Below are positions 7,848 to 16,359 of a DNA stretch of 64,000 nt, piece by piece. A program made the position numbers and the translations under genes. The notes beneath the pieces are model-generated. The model was not told the origin of the DNA. It searched no databases and worked only from the letters and a program-made list of their open reading frames with translations. This stretch comes from Minisyncoccota bacterium (GTDB lineage Bacteria; Patescibacteriota; Minisyncoccia; Phycocordibacterales; UBA6065): the NCBI GenBank assembly GCA_035546035.1, contig DASZXC010000008.1:252265-316264 (forward strand). The letters run 5' to 3'. Every line of letters begins with the position of its first letter. The stretch's first letter is position 1.

Positions 7848-9539
7848 ATGAAAAAAATAAAAACCTGGATCATAGCCCATAAGATAATGGCCGGAGTGGC
7901 GGCTGTCGCCGTCGTAGCCGTCAGCTATGGCGTATACCGCCATGCATCGCCCGCGTCCGCGGCGACGAAATACGTCCTCGCGAACGTGGAGAAGGGCACG
8001 CTCATCTCGTCTGTTTCTGGATCGGGCCAGGTCGCTGCCCAGAACCAGGTGACGGTGACGAGCAATGCGTCAGGCGATATCACGTCGGTCCTGGTTCAGG
8101 ACGGCGATCAGGTCGTCGCAGGCCAGACGCTTGCGACCATAGAAGCGGCGGACGCGTCTCGCGCCGTGGACAATGCCGAATTGGCTCTCGAAAATGCCCG
8201 CGTCGCATATGACAAGGCTGTAAAGGAGTCCGAGAACCAGTCCGCATCGTCGACCGTCTCTGACGTCGCCAAAGCATATCAGGCGGGATACAACGCTATC
8301 GTCGCGACATCCATCGATCTTCCGGCTATATTCTCCGGTTTGAATGATCTCTATTACACGCCGTCGCATTCTCCGTATTTCTCCGACATAAAGCTCGCGA
8401 ACGAAGTAGACGCGGCGGCGGTCACATATAAAGAGCAGGCGGGTTCCGCATTTGACGAGGCGCGCAATGAATACCAGGCGAACTTTCTCCGCTACAAGAA
8501 CATCTCCGAGACGTCCTCCGAAGAAGAGATCGTCGCGCTCCTCGACGAGACGGACGTCATCCTGAAAAAGCTCCTCGGCTCGCTTTCCGGCACGTATAGC
8601 ACGCTCGATTATGTCGAAGGCAAGCTCTCGGCCGTACCTTCGGTGCTCACGAGCGACAAGTCCGCGGTATCGTCATATGTCAATAAGGTCAATAGCGACT
8701 CTTCGAGCATCACCAACGCGCTCTCGGCCATAGACAACGCAAAGACCGCAGGGACGTCAGCGAGCCTCTCCATGAAATCGGCCGAGCTTTCGGTCCGCCA
8801 GGCCGAATCGTCTCTTTCCGACGCACAGATAGCGCTGGCCGACCATCGCGTCAAGGCGCCGTTCTCCGGGCTCGTGGCAAAAGTGATCGCCAAGAACGGC
8901 GACAAGGCAAATAACGGCTCCCAAATCGCGACTCTCGTCACCAAGGAACAGATGGTGAACATATCGCTCAATGAGATCGACGCGGCCAAGATCGCGAAAG
9001 GGGACAAAGCGACGCTCACGTTCGATGCCATCGAAGACCTGACGCTCGCTGGGCACGTCTCGAACGTGGACCTCGTCGGCAGCGTGTCGCAGGGCGTCGT
9101 GTCGTACAGCGTCCAGATCGCATTCGATTCCGTCGACGACCGCGTGAAGCCGGGCATGACCGTGAATGCGAGCATCGTTACCGACGCGAAGCAGGACGTG
9201 CTCTTGGTCCCGTCAGGAGCGGTCAAGACCGTAGGCGGAGTCTCATACGTCCAGATACTTCCGACGACATATGACGCGGCCGAGGGGGCGCAGGGAATCA
9301 TTCCTGACGAGGCTCCGACGAATATCCCCGTAACCATCGGCAGTTCGAATGATTCGGAGGTCGAGATCGCGTCAGGCCTCGCCGAAGGCGAACAGATCGT
9401 CGCACGCACCGTCACGTCGTCCGGCGCGACCCGATCGACGACCCCGACCATATTGAACAGCATCGGCGGATCGCGCGCGGGCGGCAATGCCGGCGCGGCC
9501 GCGGGAGGGACGTTTCGAGCGGTCCAATTCAGCCGATAG
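7848..9539 (+). CDS. Efflux transporter periplasmic adaptor subunit (HlyD/MacA family)
   Basis: N-terminal TM anchor, long coiled-coil, C-terminal beta-barrel motifs (VKAPFSGLVAKV, KPGMTVNASIVT, LLVPSGAVK); followed by MacB-like ATPase and permease. Confidence 0.8.
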   Translation: MKKIKTWIIAHKIMAGVAAVAVVAVSYGVYRHASPASAATKYVLANVEKGTLISSVSGSGQVAAQNQVTVTSNASGDITSVLVQDGDQVVAGQTLATIEAADASRAVDNAELALENARVAYDKAVKESENQSASSTVSDVAKAYQAGYNAIVATSIDLPAIFSGLNDLYYTPSHSPYFSDIKLANEVDAAAVTYKEQAGSAFDEARNEYQANFLRYKNISETSSEEEIVALLDETDVILKKLLGSLSGTYSTLDYVEGKLSAVPSVLTSDKSAVSSYVNKVNSDSSSITNALSAIDNAKTAGTSASLSMKSAELSVRQAESSLSDAQIALADHRVKAPFSGLVAKVIAKNGDKANNGSQIATLVTKEQMVNISLNEIDAAKIAKGDKATLTFDAIEDLTLAGHVSNVDLVGSVSQGVVSYSVQIAFDSVDDRVKPGMTVNASIVTDAKQDVLLVPSGAVKTVGGVSYVQILPTTYDAAEGAQGIIPDEAPTNIPVTIGSSNDSEVEIASGLAEGEQIVARTVTSSGATRSTTPTILNSIGGSRAGGNAGAAAGGTFRAVQFSR

Positions 9540-9562
9540 GGCTTCATCCGGCATCTAACACC

Positions 9563-10270
9563 ATGATCGAGATAAAGAACGTCACCAAAACGTATTCTGA
9601 AGGCACCGACGTCGCGTTTCAGGCCCTGAAAGGTGTGAATTTTACGATCAAGGACGGCGAATTCGTGGCCATCATGGGCCCGTCCGGTTCCGGCAAGTCC
9701 ACGCTCATGCATATCATGGGCGCCTTGGATACTCCGTCTTCAGGGCATTATCTCCTCGATGGAAAGGACGTATCGACGCTTTCCGATGACGAGCTCGCTG
9801 ATATCCGAAAGGGCAAGATCGGCTTCGTATTCCAGGCTTTCAATCTGTTGCCGCGTACGACGGTCCTGCGAAACGTAATGCTGCCCTTGGTCTATGCGGG
9901 GGAAGAGCCGGGCGCGCGCGAAGCGCGCGCCAAGACAGCTCTCATATCTGCAGGGCTCAATGAAAGCCATTTCAGCCACCGATCGAACGAATTGTCGGGG
10001 GGCCAGATCCAGCGCGTGGCCATCGCCCGCGCGCTCGTGAACGATCCGACGCTCATATTGGCCGACGAGCCGACGGGAAACCTCGATTCCCGCACGGGCG
10101 AAGTCGTTTTGGGCACGTTCCAGAAATTGAACGAAGAAGAGGGCCGCACCATCGTCCTCATCACTCACGAGCATGACGTGGCCGAACATGCCAAAAGGAT
10201 CATTTTCATCAGGGACGGCAAGATAGAGAGCGATACGTCGGACCATAAGCGTCGTAAGGCAAATATATGA
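9563..10270 (+). CDS. ABC transporter ATP-binding protein (MacB/LolD-like)
   Basis: Walker A GPSGSGKST, signature LSGGQIQRVAIARA, Walker B ILADEPTGNLD, H-loop ITHE. Confidence 0.9.
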   Translation: MIEIKNVTKTYSEGTDVAFQALKGVNFTIKDGEFVAIMGPSGSGKSTLMHIMGALDTPSSGHYLLDGKDVSTLSDDELADIRKGKIGFVFQAFNLLPRTTVLRNVMLPLVYAGEEPGAREARAKTALISAGLNESHFSHRSNELSGGQIQRVAIARALVNDPTLILADEPTGNLDSRTGEVVLGTFQKLNEEEGRTIVLITHEHDVAEHAKRIIFIRDGKIESDTSDHKRRKANI

Positions 10271-11490
10271 GAGCCATAGACCTCATCGAAGAGACGCATA
10301 CGGCCCTTTCGGCGAACAAAGTCCGCACGGGCCTTACCATGCTCGGAATCATCATCGGCATCGCGTCCGTCATCGCCATGACGGCTATCGGCGCCGGCGC
10401 CCAGAATTCCATCGAATCGAGCATCCAGTCAATCGGCTCGAACCTCGTCATGGTCATGCCTGGATTCCAGAGGACGCAGGGCTACGCTGTCTCCGTCGGC
10501 CGCGGGGCGTCGAGGACGCTCACGCGCGCAGACGCCGACGCGCTCGCGACGGAACTAACGCTCGCCAAAGCCGTCGCTCCGGAAATAACCGGCCGCTATC
10601 AGGTCACAGCAAAAGGGACGAACACTAACACGTCCGTTGTCGGCGTCACGGCTTCCTATCCGGGCGTGAGGAACGTCCAGGTGGAAACAGGCGATTTCAT
10701 CAGCGACGAACAGGACAAATCTATAGCAAAAGTCGCCGTCCTCGGCCCGACGGCGCGCGACGACCTGTTCGGAGAAGGGTCGGACCCGGTAGGGCAGATC
10801 ATCCGCATCAAGGGCATTCAATTCACCGTCATCGGCATCACCAAATCAAAGGGCGGCAGCGGCTTCGGCAGCCAGGACGACATGATCTTCATCCCTTTCA
10901 TGAGCGCGGCGCGATATCTGGCAGGTGATACCTATGCGACGACGATCAGCGTCCAGGCCGTAGACGCCAAATCGATGAGCGACCTGCAGACCGAGGTGAC
11001 CGGTGCACTCCTCGTCCGGCATAAAATATCCGACCCGGCCGCGGCCGATTTCACGGTCTTGAACCAGGCGGACATCGTGGCTACCGCATCATCGGTGACG
11101 AGCACTTTCACTATGCTCCTTGCCGCCGTAGCGGGCATATCGTTGGTCGTGGGAGGCATCGGCATCATGAACATGATGCTCACCACGGTGACCGAGCGTA
11201 CCCGCGAGATCGGCCTTCGCAAGGCTATCGGCGCGAAGAAGAAAGATATCAACTATCAATTCCTCGCCGAAGCGATCGTCCTCACGTTCCTCGGAGGGGC
11301 GATCGGGGTCGCGCTGGGGTGGGCGATAGCGTTCGCTTTGACGTCGTTCGGCGTCCTGCAGGCGTCGGTATCGCTTTCCTCGGTGCTCCTCGCATTCGGA
11401 GTGTCTGCGGCGATAGGGATCGTCTTCGGATACTATCCGGCGCGTCGGGCGGCAGATCTGAATCCGATAGAAGCGCTCCGATATGAATAA
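10267..11490 (+). CDS. ABC transporter permease (MacB/FtsX-like, 4 TM with large periplasmic domain)
   Basis: MacB_PCD-like periplasmic region then FtsX-like C-terminal TM bundle; start overlaps ATPase stop by 4 nt. Confidence 0.85.
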   Translation: MRAIDLIEETHTALSANKVRTGLTMLGIIIGIASVIAMTAIGAGAQNSIESSIQSIGSNLVMVMPGFQRTQGYAVSVGRGASRTLTRADADALATELTLAKAVAPEITGRYQVTAKGTNTNTSVVGVTASYPGVRNVQVETGDFISDEQDKSIAKVAVLGPTARDDLFGEGSDPVGQIIRIKGIQFTVIGITKSKGGSGFGSQDDMIFIPFMSAARYLAGDTYATTISVQAVDAKSMSDLQTEVTGALLVRHKISDPAAADFTVLNQADIVATASSVTSTFTMLLAAVAGISLVVGGIGIMNMMLTTVTERTREIGLRKAIGAKKKDINYQFLAEAIVLTFLGGAIGVALGWAIAFALTSFGVLQASVSLSSVLLAFGVSAAIGIVFGYYPARRAADLNPIEALRYE

Positions 11491-12019
11491 TCTCGGCGCT
11501 TTCGTGACGGTATTAAAAGGCATTAAGAACACTACATACGTGAAAAACTCGCATAAAATGATTATCGGCGCGGTCGTTATAGCAGGAGCGTTCTTCTATG
11601 GAGGATACGCATATGCGGCGCATGCGGCTCCTAAAGGAATGAACATGCGCTTCTCCATGGGAGCGAACGGCTCGATGGCGCGTTCGGGAGGCGCGGCTTC
11701 GTTTAATACCGCCGGCGGAGCGGGTACGGCCTTCCGCGCGGGCGGAATGGGTGCCGGCGGAGGATTCGTCACCGGCACGGTCCTTTCCAAAGACGACCAG
11801 TCGGTTACGGTAAAGCTTCAGGACGGCGGATCGAAGATCGTATTCGTCGGCGGTTCGACTCAGGTCATGAAAAGCGTGGCGGGGTCGATCGCAGATATTT
11901 CCGTCGGCGCGAACGTAATGATAACGGGTTCCCAGAACCAAGACGGCAGCGTCACTGCCCGATCGGTTGATATCCGGCCGATGCGCATGGCGTCGACGTC
12001 CATGCCTGTGAAGCAGTAG
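11483..12019 (+). CDS. DUF5666-like secreted glycine-rich protein (typical companion of MacAB in Gram-positive/CPR genomes)
   Basis: Signal/TM then Gly-rich stretch then VTGTVLSKDDQSVTVKLQDGGSKIVFVGGSTQVMK...ITGSQNQDGSVTARSVDIRP; true start may be internal ATG 11558. Confidence 0.6.
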   Translation: MNNLGAFVTVLKGIKNTTYVKNSHKMIIGAVVIAGAFFYGGYAYAAHAAPKGMNMRFSMGANGSMARSGGAASFNTAGGAGTAFRAGGMGAGGGFVTGTVLSKDDQSVTVKLQDGGSKIVFVGGSTQVMKSVAGSIADISVGANVMITGSQNQDGSVTARSVDIRPMRMASTSMPVKQ

Positions 12020-12200
12020 ACAGTAGTACGATACAGGCCTGAGGATTTGTACAGGACACTTTTCGGCATCTCCTACGTATTACATGCAGAAGGCGTTCTT
12101 TCAACAAATAATCTCAAAAGATCAAAAATAGTGCTGCAAGGGAATCACGCTCGCGGAAAGACCTATTCTTTCCAATGCCGATACTTTACACGGCATGAGC

Positions 12201-12236
12201 GATGATAAAAGCCTCCTCTCGGAGGCTTTTATCATT
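12201..12236. terminator. Intrinsic terminator hairpin
   Basis: GATGATAAAAGCCTCC-tctc-GGAGGCTTTTATCATT, A/T tracts on both sides. Confidence 0.7.
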
Positions 12237-12241
12237 CGCGT

Positions 12242-12265
12242 AACCTTTACGCAAAGGCCTTCGTA
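12242..12265 (+). promoter_or_regulatory. ECF-type promoter AAC-N17-CGTA upstream of lmo0937-family gene
   Basis: cgtAAC (12242-12244), 17-nt spacer, CGTA (12262-12265), about 36 nt upstream of ATG 12301. Confidence 0.45.
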
Positions 12266-12300
12266 TTAAAAACGAGCTTATAAGCGATAATCCATAACGT

Positions 12301-12453
12301 ATGCTCGTAACCATAGCAACGCTCCTCGTCATCCTCTGGCTTCTCGGTCTCATAACGTCATATACCGTCGGAGGATTCATTCACGTCCTTCTCGTCGTCG
12401 CCGTCATAATGTTCCTCATCAGGATCATACAAGGCAGGAATCCGGTGTCGTAA
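12301..12453 (+). CDS. lmo0937-family small membrane protein (50 aa), below the 60-aa ORF-track cutoff
   Basis: Translation MLVTIATLLVILWLLGLITSYTVGGFIHVLLVVAVIMFLIRIIQGRNPVS matches the conserved two-helix lmo0937 family pattern. Confidence 0.7.
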   Translation: MLVTIATLLVILWLLGLITSYTVGGFIHVLLVVAVIMFLIRIIQGRNPVS

Positions 12454-12476
12454 GCGTCGCTCCGCGAAGCGCAGGG

Positions 12477-13337
12477 CTACGGCTTCCTGATCGCTTTCAT
12501 GAAGGCGTCGAGCGCCATCGCCGCGCCGGAGGAATTGCGATGGCCGCCTCCGCCGAGGATGGCCGCGATATCGAGAGCCGACGGCGTATGCGAATCAAGG
12601 CTTCTAAAGCTGATCTTCACCCGGTGCGCCTCGATGGTGAACAAGCCCACGGCGCGGTCGCGTTCTTTCGACAAGATATTGCCGCTCTCCGATTTGTAGG
12701 CCGTAATGTTATAGAAAGGCACCGTATGCTGGCCTATCAGAAGGTCCACCGGCTCGGTGCCTTTTATCGCGTGGGCGATCATAAAATCCCCGTATTCGCT
12801 GATGATACGGCCTTTTTCTATGGCAGCGTCGAGCGAGCCGTTCAAAAGCGCGGCTACTTCTTCGGGTCTATTCGAAAGGGGATAGAGATAGCTCGCTACA
12901 TATTTCGTCTTGTCGCCGTATTTCCAGTTCCAGAGGTCGAAGTCTTCGACGTACGTGATGAGTTCCGGGACTTTCTCGCCGGGGAAGAGATATGACCAGG
13001 ACAACGATGATCCGCATTTCGAATTATCGAATACATAGGTGAAGTTCTCATTCTGCGCGGCGAGGGCCATATATTCGTCGCGAACACTCGCATGGTGATC
13101 GATCGACGTGACCTTGCGACCGGCGGCTAAAAATTCTTTTGCGCCGATGACGCAGTCCACGGTCAGGACGCGGTCGCGTGGCGTCGTCTGGGCGATGAGC
13201 TCAGCGATCTCTTCAGCCGTCGCGCCATGGCTCATGGCGAACAAAAGCGCGCCGGGATATTTTTTCGAAACGACCGCCGCCGATGTCGTGCCGTCGCTGC
13301 AGTCTTTGTGATATATCGCTATAGTTTTCTCTGTCAT
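12477..13337 (-). CDS. DHH-family phosphoesterase (NrnA-like oligoribonuclease / pAp phosphatase)
   Basis: DHH motif (TSIDHHAS) and DHHA1 motif GGGGH (ILGGGGHRNSSGAA). Confidence 0.8.
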   Translation of the reverse strand: MTEKTIAIYHKDCSDGTTSAAVVSKKYPGALLFAMSHGATAEEIAELIAQTTPRDRVLTVDCVIGAKEFLAAGRKVTSIDHHASVRDEYMALAAQNENFTYVFDNSKCGSSLSWSYLFPGEKVPELITYVEDFDLWNWKYGDKTKYVASYLYPLSNRPEEVAALLNGSLDAAIEKGRIISEYGDFMIAHAIKGTEPVDLLIGQHTVPFYNITAYKSESGNILSKERDRAVGLFTIEAHRVKISFRSLDSHTPSALDIAAILGGGGHRNSSGAAMALDAFMKAIRKP

Positions 13338-13339
13338 TT

Positions 13340-13969
13340 TTATTCGGTTTTTGCTCGTTTAGCCTGTCTTTCTTGGATAAGGGCATTTCTCATGGCCAGG
13401 CCGAACATAAGCCCGTTCATGACGACCATGAGTACCGGAAGCGTGGCGATATAGAGGTCCCATATCGGCACCGCCGCCAGGTTCAGGACCGAGCCGACGA
13501 AGAACAGCGTCCAGCCTTCGAGATCAAGCTCTTCGCGGGTCATGGGATTGCTGTAGACCCTCCACATGACGGGGATATAGCCGATAAAGCCGATGATAAG
13601 GGTGAGAGTAAGCGCCACGAACGGCGTGTCGAAATGGAACCATCGGATCGAAGATATGGCGACGACGACGAGTATGAGCCTTTCGAGCGTCCCCCAGCCC
13701 TGGCGGCCGTATTTGAAAGAAAGGGCGGTGATGACGCTTGAACCCAGGAAATACGCCGCCGGAACCCATATGGTTGCGCGGGCGCCGAGAGCATAGTAGC
13801 TCATGAGTATAAGGAGGCTCGAAAGCGTCCAGACGAGCCACGAGGCGCGCTCAGGCGGCGCTTCGCCCTTTATTATCTTTATGACGTATGGTGCATAGCC
13901 TGCCAGAGAGCAGGCGCCGCCGATAACGCCGAGATACGGGAGTATGGTCATAAGTATTAGTATACGCAT
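13340..13969 (-). CDS. Polytopic membrane protein, hypothetical
   Basis: Six predicted hydrophobic helices; 3-nt gap to downstream NrnA gene. Confidence 0.5.
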   Translation of the reverse strand: MRILILMTILPYLGVIGGACSLAGYAPYVIKIIKGEAPPERASWLVWTLSSLLILMSYYALGARATIWVPAAYFLGSSVITALSFKYGRQGWGTLERLILVVVAISSIRWFHFDTPFVALTLTLIIGFIGYIPVMWRVYSNPMTREELDLEGWTLFFVGSVLNLAAVPIWDLYIATLPVLMVVMNGLMFGLAMRNALIQERQAKRAKTE

Positions 13970-14018
13970 ATTGGCGGGCTTTGCACCGATATGCGATGAT
14001 AGAGCGTATTACAGGCAT

Positions 14019-14501
14019 ATGAAAACATACGGCACCAAGTTCGTTATCAGCCTCGTAGCTTTTGTAGCACTTATAGGCGCTATCTTCGCCTATGTATCGC
14101 GATCAGGAGGCAAAGCGGGTGCCTTGACCGATACCGAGGCTTCGTCTACGCCCGTCGTCGCTGAAAACCCTTCTGACGCAGCGCAAGATATACCCCGAAC
14201 CGGCAGATACAAGGACGGCACATATAGCGCCCGCGGCACCTATCAGTCGCCAGGCGGCCTCGAATCGGTTGATGTGACGCTCGTGCTCAAGAACGACGTC
14301 ATCACCGACGCTTCGGTCGTATCGAATGCGACTATTCCGCAGTCGATCATGTTCCAGGGCAAATTCATCTCTGGCTTCAAGGCTCTCGTTGTTGGCAAGA
14401 ACATAGATACGGTAAAGCTCGACAAGGTATCGGGGTCGTCTCTCACTCCGAAGGGTTTCAACAGCGCGGTCACCGAGATCAAGGCTGAAGCGGCGGCGTA
14501 A
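14019..14501 (+). CDS. FMN-binding domain protein, membrane-anchored (NqrC/RnfG/PplA-like)
   Basis: N-terminal TM anchor; FMN_bind-like core with flavinylation-type motif DKVSGSSLT; immediately upstream of ApbE; start placed at ATG 14019 rather than the extended ORF start 13944. Confidence 0.7.
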   Translation: MKTYGTKFVISLVAFVALIGAIFAYVSRSGGKAGALTDTEASSTPVVAENPSDAAQDIPRTGRYKDGTYSARGTYQSPGGLESVDVTLVLKNDVITDASVVSNATIPQSIMFQGKFISGFKALVVGKNIDTVKLDKVSGSSLTPKGFNSAVTEIKAEAAA

Positions 14502-14504
14502 ATC

Positions 14505-15386
14505 GTGCGGCTCATGGCATCGAGATTTACATTCGAAGCCATAGGTACCTCGTGGGCCATATATATTCCGGAAGATCTCTCTCCAGAAAGGGAAAAGGCG
14601 CTCCTCGACGCTATACGTACGCGCATCTCTGATTTTGATAAGGCGTATTCGCGGTTCAGAGACGATTCATTGGTCGCTGAGATGTCACGCAAAGCGGGCG
14701 AGTATCGTCTGCCTGACGATGCTTTGCCCATGCTTTCGCTCTATAGAGAACTCTATGACATTTCAGGCGGGCTTGTGACGCCTCTGGTCGGCCAGACGCT
14801 TTCGGATGCGGGATATGACGCGGCGTATACTCTGCGTCCGAGAGCGGATATCGCCCGTGCTAAGCCGTGGGAGGATGTCATCGAATATGAACACCCGATG
14901 ATCAGGATCAAGGAGCCCGTGCTTTTGGATTTCGGCGCTTTAGGCAAAGGATATCTCGTCGATATTGTCGCCGAAGTCATCCGCGGTTTCGGTATCCAGA
15001 ATTATTCTGTTGACGCGGGCGGCGATATCGCGTATCGGGGCGCTGCGCCGCTTCGCGTCGGATTGGAAAATCCGACGGACACGAAACAGGTCATCGGTGT
15101 CGGAGAGCTAAAGGGAGGGAAATGCATATGCGGATCGGCAGGTAATAGGCGCGCATGGGACAGGTTCCATCACATCATCAATCCGCAGACGGCCGAATCG
15201 CCGAAACACATTCTCGCCCTCTGGATCGTTGCCGATACGACGCTTCTTGCCGATGCGCTTTCGACGGCACTCTTCTTTGTGGGGCCGGAGAAGCTGGCGA
15301 AATACGATTTCGAGTACGCTGTCGTATTCGCTGACCGTTCAGCTGTTAGATCACATAATTTTCCGGGAGATTTCTTCGAAGCCTAG
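14505..15386 (+). CDS. apbE: FAD:protein FMN transferase (ApbE family)
   Basis: ApbE family length and motifs (FEAIGTSWAIYIP, DFGALGKGYLVD, GGDIAYRG, CGSAGNRR), 4-nt gap after FMN-binding gene. Confidence 0.85.
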   Translation: MRLMASRFTFEAIGTSWAIYIPEDLSPEREKALLDAIRTRISDFDKAYSRFRDDSLVAEMSRKAGEYRLPDDALPMLSLYRELYDISGGLVTPLVGQTLSDAGYDAAYTLRPRADIARAKPWEDVIEYEHPMIRIKEPVLLDFGALGKGYLVDIVAEVIRGFGIQNYSVDAGGDIAYRGAAPLRVGLENPTDTKQVIGVGELKGGKCICGSAGNRRAWDRFHHIINPQTAESPKHILALWIVADTTLLADALSTALFFVGPEKLAKYDFEYAVVFADRSAVRSHNFPGDFFEA

Positions 15387-15420
15387 AAAGGCCCGGCGCG
15401 GTATACTTAAGTAAAAATAT

Positions 15421-15834
15421 ATGAACAAACTCTACGCATTGGCTCCGACGATATTGCGCATAGGCATGGCGTTGGTATTTCTCTGGTTCGGATCGAGCCA
15501 GTTCATCGATACCGTCGCGTGGACGGCATACGTGCCCGAATGGGTCGTCTCGATGTCGCCTGTGAGCGTCGAGACCCTGGTCCATATCAACGGCGCGATC
15601 GAGATCGTATTCGGAACGGCGCTTCTTTTGGGGTTCTTTACTCGCATCGCCGGATTCATTTTGGCGCTTCATATGGTCCATATCGCTACGCTCGTCGGAT
15701 ACAATGCGACCGGCGTGCGCGATTTCGGCTTGGCTATCGCGGCTATCGCGGTCTGGCTCAACGGCAAAGATGCCTGGACGCTCGATGCGTATCTTGCCAA
15801 AGACCGGTCTGCCCAGATGCAGAGTGGAGTATAA
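15421..15834 (+). CDS. DoxX-family membrane protein
   Basis: Four TM helices with DoxX-like N-terminus (ILRIGMALVFLWFGSSQF). Confidence 0.7.
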   Translation: MNKLYALAPTILRIGMALVFLWFGSSQFIDTVAWTAYVPEWVVSMSPVSVETLVHINGAIEIVFGTALLLGFFTRIAGFILALHMVHIATLVGYNATGVRDFGLAIAAIAVWLNGKDAWTLDAYLAKDRSAQMQSGV

Positions 15835-15862
15835 TAGACAGGTTACAAGTTAATCCATTTTT

Positions 15863-16288
15863 ATGGCAGCAGTACCTATTAATTACGCGGCGCTTTTAGT
15901 CGCGGCCGTTATATCGGTGGCGCTCGGCTTCCTCTGGTACGGTCCTCTTTTCGGCAAGAAGTGGATGACTCTCACCGGGATCCCTATGCCTGCGGAAAAG
16001 CCTCCGTTCTCCGTCATGGTGAGGCCGATGGTCATGTCCGTCGTCGGGTCGCTCTTTATGGCATTTGCGCTCATCCATAACATCACGTTCGGGGCGTCGT
16101 ATCTGAACATGTCGGGAGCGTGCGTCGGCTTGTTCGCCGCGTTCTGGAACTGGCTCGGTTTCGTCGTTCCTCCGGCGCTCAATCATGTCGGATGGGAAGG
16201 AAAGCCGTGGACGCTGTTTTGGATCAATACAGGGTACTTTCTCGTCTATATGGCGATCATCGGCGCGATGCTCGCTGTCTGGCAGTAA
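15863..16288 (+). CDS. DUF1761-like membrane protein
   Basis: Four TM helices, N-terminal NYAALLVAAVISVALGFLWYGPLFGKKW pattern. Confidence 0.55.
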   Translation: MAAVPINYAALLVAAVISVALGFLWYGPLFGKKWMTLTGIPMPAEKPPFSVMVRPMVMSVVGSLFMAFALIHNITFGASYLNMSGACVGLFAAFWNWLGFVVPPALNHVGWEGKPWTLFWINTGYFLVYMAIIGAMLAVWQ

Positions 16289-16291
16289 AAC

Positions 16292-16359
16292 ACTGGAAAC
16301 AAAGTAATATAAAACACCCCGCCAGGCCCTGGGGTGTTTTATATTACTTTGTTTCCAGT
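16292..16359. repeat. Perfect palindrome with 29-bp arms (copy 3 of 3); bidirectional terminator between convergent genes
   Basis: ACTGGAAACAAAGTAATATAAAACACCCC-gccaggccct-GGGGTGTTTTATATTACTTTGTTTCCAGT; stop codon of minus-strand gene lies inside right arm. Confidence 0.8.

Noticed and set aside
8609-9712. Long antisense ORFs opposite well-supported genes (for example 8609-9712 minus, 27337-28581 plus, 30395-31138 minus, 45734-46546 minus, 54518-55468 plus, 22215-22907 minus)
   Set aside because: High GC content suppresses stop codons on the non-coding strand. These ORFs lack motifs, are Arg/Pro/Gly-biased, and overlap genes with clear homology-style signatures.
12540-12995. 151-aa ORF antisense to the DHH phosphoesterase gene
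   Set aside because: Arg-rich composition, no motif, fully contained within a gene that has clear DHH/DHHA1 signatures.
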